Below are positions 57,497-64,000 of a stretch of DNA of 64,000 nucleotides, in pieces. A model generated the notes under the pieces. That model worked only from the letters and a program-made list of their open reading frames with translations. It did not search any database and was not told the origin of the DNA. Origin of the DNA: a virus; the IMG/VR virus record IMGVR_UViG_3300044733_000695, positions 1 to 64,000 of that record; one strand, given 5' to 3'. The translations under genes were made by a program, and so were the position numbers. Every line of letters begins with the position of its first letter. The first letter of the stretch is position 1.

Positions 57497-60132
57497 TGGC
57501 CAACGTCAACGGCACCGAGATCGACCTGATGCCGACCGATGGGATGCGCACGGAGGCGCAGCGTTATCGCGACTGGAAGAGCGAAGGCCAGCAGGGCGGC
57601 ACTGAGGTTGCTGCGACTAGGGCCAGCCAGATTTTAAGCGGTGATGAACTGTCGCCTGACACTGTCATCACAATGGCGGCGTGGTTCGCGCGGCATGAGG
57701 TGGACAAACAAGGCGAGGGCTTCAGTCCTGATCAAGATGGCTATCCGTCACCGGGCCGTGTCGCATGGGCGGCATGGGGCGGCGATGCTGGGCAGAGTTG
57801 GTCGAATGGCAAGGCAGATAGAATCAAGGCATTACAAGAGAGAAGCGCTGTGGAGATGGAGCGCCCCTATCCGAATGAGCACGCTGCGCGATTGAAAGAT
57901 CCCGGGCAGTATGACTCGCTGCGCCGTGTGAATGACGAAGGCGGCAACGGTGTGGATTTCATCTATGGGATCAAGGAAGGCGAGAGCGAGGTACAGGCGA
58001 TCCGGTTCCGCAGCTCGGTTTTTACCGTTGATGAGGCGCGCGCGTGGCTGGCTGATCATGACTTCGAGCCGATCGAGTTCGAGGAGGCCACCGGCGATGG
58101 GCAGGCTGATCGCGCCGAACCTGGCAGCCTGAGCGTTGGCGACTTCGTCCGCTGGGATTCAAGTGGCGGCACTGCTCAGGGCCAGATCGAGCGGATCGAG
58201 CGCGATGGCCAGATTGATGTGCCGAATGCTGATGTGGTCATCAACGGGACCCCGGATGATCCAGCAGCGCTGATCCAGATTTTTCGAGAGGTTGATGGCA
58301 ATTGGGAGAGCACGCCAGTCCGTGTGGCGCATCGCTTCAGCACGCTGAACAAGATCGACGCCCTGCGCTCCATGCCTGGCATCGGCAAGCACCAACGCGC
58401 CGAACTGACCACCTTCGACGAAGTGGAGGATCGGACCTATGAGTTCCCCTTCAGCTCTGAGTTCCCTGTTGCGCGCTACTTCGGCAACGAGATCCTGAGC
58501 CATGAGGCTGATGCGGCAGATCTGAGCCGTTTGAACGATGGCGCGCCGCTGCTGTTCAATCACAACCCTGACCGTGTGATCGGTGTGGTTGAGCGCGCGA
58601 GGATCGACAGCAAAGGACGGCGCGGCTATGCGCGGGTGCGGTTCAGCCGCAACCCGTTCGCTCAGGAAGTCCTAAGCGACGTGAAGGACGGCGTTCTACG
58701 GAACGTGTCCTTTGGCTACTCCATCGACAAAATGGAGGAGCGTGGCAGCGGCGACTATGTCGCTACTGCCTGGGCACCTTACGAGGTGTCGATCGTCAGC
58801 GTTCCCGCTGACAAAACCGTGGGCATCGGCCGCGCGTTGACGCCCACAGAACCCGCTGCTTCGGCAGCACCATCCCACGATCCCATTCCTTCAATGGAAA
58901 CCAACACCACCGATCTGGCCGTGGTGCGGGCCGAAGCCATCGAGGCTGAGCGCACCCGCATCGCTGAGATCTCCGCCCTGTGCGACAAGCATGGGATGGG
59001 CGATCTGGGCCGCCAGCTGGTCGAGTCTGGTCGTTCAATCGACGAGGCCCGGGCTGCTGTTCTTGACAAAATGAACATTCCCCAGGAACCCGTCACCATG
59101 AGCGCCGCCGATCTCGGCATGAGCGAGAAGGAAGCCCGCAGCTTCTCCTTCTTGCGTGCCATCAACTATCTGTCCAACCCGACCGATCGCTCGGCCCGCG
59201 AGGCTGCTGCGTTCGAGATCGAAGCATCTGAAGCCGCTGCTGCCAAGCTCGGCCGCCAGTCCCGTGGCATCACCATCCCTCAGGATGTGTTGCGTCGTGA
59301 CCTGAACGTTGGCGCTGCCACCGCCGGCGGCAACCTGGTCGAGACCATGCTCGACGCTGGCAGCTTCATCGACCTGCTGCGCAACGCTTCGGCACTGGAT
59401 CAAGCTGGCGCCACCGTGCTGACCGGCCTGACCGGCAACGTCGCCATCCCCCGCCAGTCGGGTGCTGCCACCGCCTACTGGGTGGCTGAGAGCGGCGCTC
59501 CTACCGAGTCGCAGCAGACCGTGGATCAGGTCAGCCTGACCCCCAAGACCGTGGCTGCTTACACCGACTACAGCCGCCGTCTGATGATCCAGTCCTCCAT
59601 AGACGTGGAGAACATGGTTCGCACTGATCTCGCCAGCGTTCTGGCGCTCAAGATCGACCTGGCTGGCCTGTATGGCACAGGTAGCAACAGCGAGCCCCTG
59701 GGCCTCAAGTTCACCACCGGCATCGGCACCGAGAACTTTGCAGCTGCTGCTCCCACCTTCGAGGAAGTGGTGGCACTCGAGAGCGACGTGGCAACCGCCA
59801 ACGCACTGCTCGGAAGCCCTGTCTACCTGATGAACGCTGCCATGCGCGGCGGCCTCAAGACCACCAAGAAGGACGCCGGTTCCGGCATGTTCGTCATGGA
59901 GGGCAACGAGGTCAACGGTTACCGCGGCGTGCTGTCCAACCAAGTGGCAGCCGGCGATCTGTGGTTCGGCAACTTTGCCGACCTGATCATCGGTTACTTC
60001 AGCGGCCTCGACATCATGGTTGACCCCTACAGCAACAGCACCAGCGGCACGGTTCGCGTGGTTGCTATGCAGGATGTGGACATCGCCGTCCGCCATCCTG
60101 AGTCCTTCAGCCGCGGCGCTGACACCCTCTGA
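57496..60132 (+). CDS. Fused prohead protease + HK97-fold major capsid protein with extra N-terminal domains
   Basis: PLLFNHN, VSFGY, PYEVSIVSVPAD protease motifs; AYWVAES, LTPKT, FGNF, VDPY capsid motifs. Confidence 0.92.
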   Translation: MANVNGTEIDLMPTDGMRTEAQRYRDWKSEGQQGGTEVAATRASQILSGDELSPDTVITMAAWFARHEVDKQGEGFSPDQDGYPSPGRVAWAAWGGDAGQSWSNGKADRIKALQERSAVEMERPYPNEHAARLKDPGQYDSLRRVNDEGGNGVDFIYGIKEGESEVQAIRFRSSVFTVDEARAWLADHDFEPIEFEEATGDGQADRAEPGSLSVGDFVRWDSSGGTAQGQIERIERDGQIDVPNADVVINGTPDDPAALIQIFREVDGNWESTPVRVAHRFSTLNKIDALRSMPGIGKHQRAELTTFDEVEDRTYEFPFSSEFPVARYFGNEILSHEADAADLSRLNDGAPLLFNHNPDRVIGVVERARIDSKGRRGYARVRFSRNPFAQEVLSDVKDGVLRNVSFGYSIDKMEERGSGDYVATAWAPYEVSIVSVPADKTVGIGRALTPTEPAASAAPSHDPIPSMETNTTDLAVVRAEAIEAERTRIAEISALCDKHGMGDLGRQLVESGRSIDEARAAVLDKMNIPQEPVTMSAADLGMSEKEARSFSFLRAINYLSNPTDRSAREAAAFEIEASEAAAAKLGRQSRGITIPQDVLRRDLNVGAATAGGNLVETMLDAGSFIDLLRNASALDQAGATVLTGLTGNVAIPRQSGAATAYWVAESGAPTESQQTVDQVSLTPKTVAAYTDYSRRLMIQSSIDVENMVRTDLASVLALKIDLAGLYGTGSNSEPLGLKFTTGIGTENFAAAAPTFEEVVALESDVATANALLGSPVYLMNAAMRGGLKTTKKDAGSGMFVMEGNEVNGYRGVLSNQVAAGDLWFGNFADLIIGYFSGLDIMVDPYSNSTSGTVRVVAMQDVDIAVRHPESFSRGADTL

Positions 60133-60338
60133 TGTTGATCGAGGTCCTACGGCAAACGATGCTGGCGGGCCGGGTGGTTCGTGTTGGGGATGTCATTGAG
60201 GCATCCCCTTCCGACGCCAAGCTATTGATCGGCATCGGCAAAGCAATCGAGGCCGCCGCCCAGGTGGCCGATGTGGTTGAGACTATTGCTCAGCCGCCCC
60301 GCAAACCATCATCCCCTCGACGGAGGGCGAAACCATGA
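60132..60338 (+). CDS. Small head-associated protein
   Basis: GDVIE...DAKLLIGIGKA; after capsid. Confidence 0.6.
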   Translation: MLIEVLRQTMLAGRVVRVGDVIEASPSDAKLLIGIGKAIEAAAQVADVVETIAQPPRKPSSPRRRAKP

Positions 60339-60724
60339 CCATTCACAACCTCGGATCTAAAACCGATCTGCTCGAGCTGCATAACAATGCAGTGGTCGCA
60401 TCGACCGGCGCTGGCACACCCGCCAACGTTGACCTGGTCGATTACGAAGGCGACGTTGCCTTCATCATTGACGCAGCTGCCGCTGGCTCTGGCGTCACCC
60501 TGACCGCCAAGATTCAGCACAGCAACACCACCACCGCTGGCGACTTCGTCGATGTGACCGGTGGCGGCTTCACTGCTGCTGCTGCTAACACCGCCTTCCA
60601 GGAGAAGATTTACCTGAACAGCAACGACCTGCGTCGTTATGTTCGCGTGCTCTTCACGGTGACCGGCGGCACTGGCACCGGCGCTGTTTCCGTGGTCGCT
60701 CTCGGCTCGAAGAAGTACAGCTGA
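60335..60724 (+). CDS. Putative head decoration protein
   Basis: KIQHS...FVDV...RRYVRV. Confidence 0.65.
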   Translation: MTIHNLGSKTDLLELHNNAVVASTGAGTPANVDLVDYEGDVAFIIDAAAAGSGVTLTAKIQHSNTTTAGDFVDVTGGGFTAAAANTAFQEKIYLNSNDLRRYVRVLFTVTGGTGTGAVSVVALGSKKYS

Positions 60725-61002
60725 TGGCGATCACGGAAGATCTGGACATCTTCCTGGCAGACTTCGGCGTCAGCTGCACAGCTGGCGCCGTTACTGCTAA
60801 TGGGATTTTGGACATGCCGAGCCAGATCCTGAGCGATGGCATGGTGCTCAGCACTGACTACACCTTGACGGCACGGGCATCCAACTTCGGCACCTTGATC
60901 CGCGGCAGCTCTATCACGGTTGATGGCGCGGCCTACACCGTGCGCGAGACGATGCTGATCGATGACGGCAAGTTTGTTCAGATCGCTTTGCAGAAGACAT
61001 GA
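60724..61002 (+). CDS. Head-tail joining protein (FII-like)
   Basis: FLADFG...GILD...YTVRE...DDG. Confidence 0.7.
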   Translation: MAITEDLDIFLADFGVSCTAGAVTANGILDMPSQILSDGMVLSTDYTLTARASNFGTLIRGSSITVDGAAYTVRETMLIDDGKFVQIALQKT

Positions 61003-61637
61003 GCAGCCCCTTCAAGGTCAACACACGCAGCCAGTGGGCAACGCTGAACCCGGTGCTGATGGCCGGCGAGCCTGGCCTTGAAAGTGACACCAGCAACCTA
61101 AAGATTGGCAACGGCCGGTCGCCATGGTCAAGCCTGCCGTATCACGGCTGTCCTGGCTATTGGGGCTCTTTCTGGGATGGCACATCGCAAGTGGCGGCGC
61201 TGGCTAACACGGCCTACGCAATCAAGCTGCGGCAAGCTGACAACGCCAGTCGGGCCGTAAGAATCATCTCAGACGGCCGCATCACGGTCGATCACGCTGG
61301 CGTGTACAGCCTCACGTTCTCGATCCAGTTCAGCAATACGGACAACGAAATTCACGACATCAACGTCTGGTTGCGCAAGAACAACGAAGGCAGCGCTGGT
61401 GACGTGCCGGCCAGCGACAGCCGATTTAGCATCATCGCAAGGCATGGCAACGTTGACGGCAACGTGATTGGTTGCGTTAACTTCGTCACTCCCCTGGCCG
61501 CAAACGACTACATCGAGCTGATGTGGATGACCAGCAACGTGGCGGCGTACATCCACGCGGAGCCAGCTGAAACCAGTCCGCCGCATCCCAGCATTCCTGG
61601 GATCATCTGCACTGTTGTCCAAGTCGCATCGGCTTAA
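60999..61637 (+). CDS. Virion fibre-like protein with Mtd/hyaluronidase-type N-terminal motif
   Basis: WATLNPVLMAGEPGLESDT..LKIGNG..PWSSLPY. Confidence 0.7.
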   Translation: MSSPFKVNTRSQWATLNPVLMAGEPGLESDTSNLKIGNGRSPWSSLPYHGCPGYWGSFWDGTSQVAALANTAYAIKLRQADNASRAVRIISDGRITVDHAGVYSLTFSIQFSNTDNEIHDINVWLRKNNEGSAGDVPASDSRFSIIARHGNVDGNVIGCVNFVTPLAANDYIELMWMTSNVAAYIHAEPAETSPPHPSIPGIICTVVQVASA

Positions 61638-61640
61638 GCC

Positions 61641-62072
61641 ATGGCCACCAAACGCGAGACCATCCTGGCGGCGATCCGCACGGCGTTAACCAATACAACT
61701 GGCGTCAGCACGCGGATCTACCGCAGCCGCGTCGAGCCGTTAACCAGAGGCGAGCTGCCGGCAATCGTGGTCGAACCGATCAGCGACACGGCCGAGCAGA
61801 ACACCAGCCTGCCGACGCTGGACTGGACGCTGACCGTTCGGATCTCGGTGATCGTCCGCGGTAACATCCCGGACCAAGTGGCTGATGCAACAGTCGAAAG
61901 CCTGCACGCCAAGGTGATGGCCGATCTCACCCTTGGCGGCAATGCCTACGATGTGCAGCCCGTTTCGGTTTCTTTTGATCTGGTCGAGGCTGATCAGCCA
62001 AGCGGTGTGATCAGTTGCGACTACGCTGTCAGGTATCGGACCAGAGTGGCCGATCTATCCCTCAGCCCGTAG
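61641..62072 (+). CDS. Tail terminator
   Basis: RETILAAI...RIYRSR...LPAIVV...DLTLGG; before tube gene. Confidence 0.75.
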   Translation: MATKRETILAAIRTALTNTTGVSTRIYRSRVEPLTRGELPAIVVEPISDTAEQNTSLPTLDWTLTVRISVIVRGNIPDQVADATVESLHAKVMADLTLGGNAYDVQPVSVSFDLVEADQPSGVISCDYAVRYRTRVADLSLSP

Positions 62073-62083
62073 CAGCTACGATA

Positions 62084-62245
62084 ATGGACGAACACAAAGG
62101 CCAGGGCGGCAGCTATCTGGTCGATCCCAAAACCGGCAAGCGAAAGCTCGTCGAGCGGACCCAGCCGGCCCCTCATCCAACCTCCGAGGTAGCCTCCGAT
62201 GGCATCAGTTCTGACTCGCCGACGCCTGATTCTGGCGAAGATTGA
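62084..62245 (+). CDS. Small hypothetical protein
   Basis: GQGGSYLVDPKTGKRKLVERT. Confidence 0.55.
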   Translation: MDEHKGQGGSYLVDPKTGKRKLVERTQPAPHPTSEVASDGISSDSPTPDSGED

Positions 62246-63137
62246 AAGTACATACGGGACCGACTCTTCGCCGACCGGCAGCAGCAACGCGATCCTGGTG
62301 CGCAATCTTGAGATCCAGCCGCTGGTTGCTGACACGGTGAACCGCGATCTGGTGCGGCCGTACATGGGCCAAGCCGATCAACTGCTGGCGCAGGTTCGCG
62401 TTGAAGTCAGCTTTGAGGTTGAGCTGGCCGGTTCTGGCACTGCTGGCACCGCCCCCGCTTATGGTCCGGTGCTCCGCAGCTGCGGCCTGAGCGAGACGCT
62501 GGTCACCAGCACCAGCGCCACTTACGCGCCCGAGAGCGCTGGCTTTGAGAGCTGCACCATTCACTACCACGAAGACGGCATCCGTCACAAGCTGACGGGC
62601 TGCCGCGGCACCTTTGAGATCACCGGTGAAGTTGGTCAGATCCCTGTCATCGCGTTCACGATGACCGGCATCTACAACGCCCCCACGGACGAGACTCTGC
62701 CGACCCCCACCTATGCCAACCAAGCGGCCCCGCTGCTGTTCAAGCAGGGCAACACAACCAGCTTCGATATCTTCTCCTATAGCGGCTGTATGCAGTCTTA
62801 CAGCTTCTCGATGGCGAACGATGTCATCTATCGCGAGCTGGTCGGCTGCACCAAGGAGATCCTGATCACCAACCGCGCACCTAACGGCACCGTTGTGATC
62901 GAGGCCCCAACCATCGCGGCTAAGGACTTCTTCACGGCAGCCACTGGCAGCAGCACTGGCAGCATTGACTTCCAGCACGGCACAACTGCAGGGAACATCG
63001 TCACGATCACGACCGCTCAGTCTGACCTGGGCAACCTGACCTACAGCGATCAGGACGGGATCCAGATGCTGAACATCCCCTTTATTGCGGTTCCGACCAG
63101 TGCAGGCAATGATGAGCTGTCAATCGTCTACACCTGA
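62199..63137 (+). CDS. Major tail tube protein
   Basis: LAKIESTYGTD...ELAGSG.AGTAP...GNDEL. Confidence 0.85.
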   Translation: MASVLTRRRLILAKIESTYGTDSSPTGSSNAILVRNLEIQPLVADTVNRDLVRPYMGQADQLLAQVRVEVSFEVELAGSGTAGTAPAYGPVLRSCGLSETLVTSTSATYAPESAGFESCTIHYHEDGIRHKLTGCRGTFEITGEVGQIPVIAFTMTGIYNAPTDETLPTPTYANQAAPLLFKQGNTTSFDIFSYSGCMQSYSFSMANDVIYRELVGCTKEILITNRAPNGTVVIEAPTIAAKDFFTAATGSSTGSIDFQHGTTAGNIVTITTAQSDLGNLTYSDQDGIQMLNIPFIAVPTSAGNDELSIVYT

Positions 63138-63142
63138 TCCGC

Positions 63143-63487
63143 GTGGCATTCGTCCTAAAAAAGTCTGGCTCTTACAGCTGGCCGGTCCATTTCGACATTC
63201 CAGTCGATGGCGGCCGCTTTGAGCGCCAGACCTTTGACTGTGAGTTCAAGCAGATCTCTCAGACCCGCATCCGGGAGATCAGTGAAGGCATCGGGTCCGA
63301 TGGCATGACTGATGGCGATGTGGCCGCCGAAGTCTTGGTCGGATGGTCTGGCGTTACCGATGACAACGGTAAGGACGTGCCATTCAGCCAAAGCGCTTTG
63401 GCAGATCTGCTGGAGGTTCCAATGTTGGCTGGCGCGATCGTGCTGGCTTACTTCGACAGTCTGCAGGGAGCCAAGCGAAAAAACTGA
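63143..63487 (+). CDS. Tail assembly chaperone (G-like)
   Basis: Ends CGA AAA AAC TGA. Confidence 0.8.
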   Translation: MAFVLKKSGSYSWPVHFDIPVDGGRFERQTFDCEFKQISQTRIREISEGIGSDGMTDGDVAAEVLVGWSGVTDDNGKDVPFSQSALADLLEVPMLAGAIVLAYFDSLQGAKRKN

Positions 63488-63813
63488 TAGAGGCCGCCGA
63501 GCATTGGGCAGGTGGCAGCGTCGTCGATCAAACAGCCGACGATGCGGCCGCCTTTGGCCTTGCCTTGCCTGATCCGGAGCGGCCGCAAGATCTCGACTTT
63601 GAAGTCCTGCCAGAAAACTGGCCTACGATCCAGATGTTCTTGCGCGTCCAAACTCAATGGCGCACAGCCATGAACGGCTTGGTCGGACTTGACTATGGTG
63701 CAGTTGAGTGGCTCTTTAGACTGTATGCAGTGGACGACCCACGCGCGCTGCTGGAGGGGCTGCAAGTGATGGAGGCCGCCGCCATCGTAAAACTTAACGA
63801 TCAGGGGAAATGA
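63478..63813 (+). CDS. -1 frameshift extension of the tail chaperone (GT-like)
   Basis: Slippery A AAA AAC at 63478..63484; -1 frame open through PENW...TQWR...GLDY. Confidence 0.8.
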   Translation, partial: KKLIEAAEHWAGGSVVDQTADDAAAFGLALPDPERPQDLDFEVLPENWPTIQMFLRVQTQWRTAMNGLVGLDYGAVEWLFRLYAVDDPRALLEGLQVMEAAAIVKLNDQGK

Positions 63814-63814
63814 G

Positions 63815-64000
63815 ATGGCGCTGAACCGTGACGCGGCATTTCGACTTAAGGTCAACGTTGACGGCGCCAACCAGATCAGCGCGTTCAGCCGCAGCCTGAA
63901 GGGCCTTGAAGGCACGGCTCAGTTGAGCAAGACCCAGCTGGGCCAGATGAACATCCAGATCAACCGCATGGCGCGGGAGGCTGGAAATACGACCGCAGGG
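63815..64000 (+). CDS. Tape measure protein, 5' part (cut by window end)
   Basis: MALNRDAAFRLKVNVDG... open to the end; position after chaperones. Confidence 0.7.
   Translation, partial: MALNRDAAFRLKVNVDGANQISAFSRSLKGLEGTAQLSKTQLGQMNIQINRMAREAGNTTAG

Larger units (their letters stand above)
40676..64000. mobile_element. Phage B: partial second siphovirus genome with lambda-like head module
   Basis: Second copies of HNH, dcd, exonuclease, helicase, VRR-NUC, primase, terminase, portal and capsid. Confidence 0.9.

Noticed and set aside
59035-60096. 353-aa minus-strand ORF (similarly 53409..54446, 62205..62978)
   Set aside because: Antisense shadows of capsid, terminase and tail tube genes in GC-rich DNA

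Overview
The window holds two related long-tailed dsDNA phage sequences, probably infecting freshwater picocyanobacteria (host inferred from gene content such as an RpoD-like sigma factor). They are joined at a 108-bp exact repeat (1..108 = 40568..40675). Phage A (1..~40567) looks like a complete circularisable ~40.6-kb genome. It encodes a VRR-NUC nuclease, SF2 helicase, HNH-AP2 endonuclease, primase/VapE helicase, sliding clamp, ParB-methyltransferase, terminase, portal, capsid, a lambda-type tail tip (M/L/K/I/J), tail fibre, lysis genes, sigma factor, dCTP deaminase, SSB, and Bet/exonuclease. Phage B (~40676..64000) is partial. Its early and replication genes are homologous to A, but its head module is a different, lambda-like one (cosQ-like site, gpA terminase, portal, protease-capsid fusion). 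The most interesting signals are: (1) a promoter-driven, ORF-free tandem structured RNA element at the junction, apparently native to both phages; (2) a TAGTC-N5-CACTA motif delimiting accessory genes behind the tail fibre like a cassette array; (3) a non-splicing Hint domain between duplicated poly-Gly leaders at the N-terminus of tail-tip protein J; and (4) a probable -1 frameshift in a small lysis-cassette membrane protein. All calls come from reading the sequence by eye; no searches were run.
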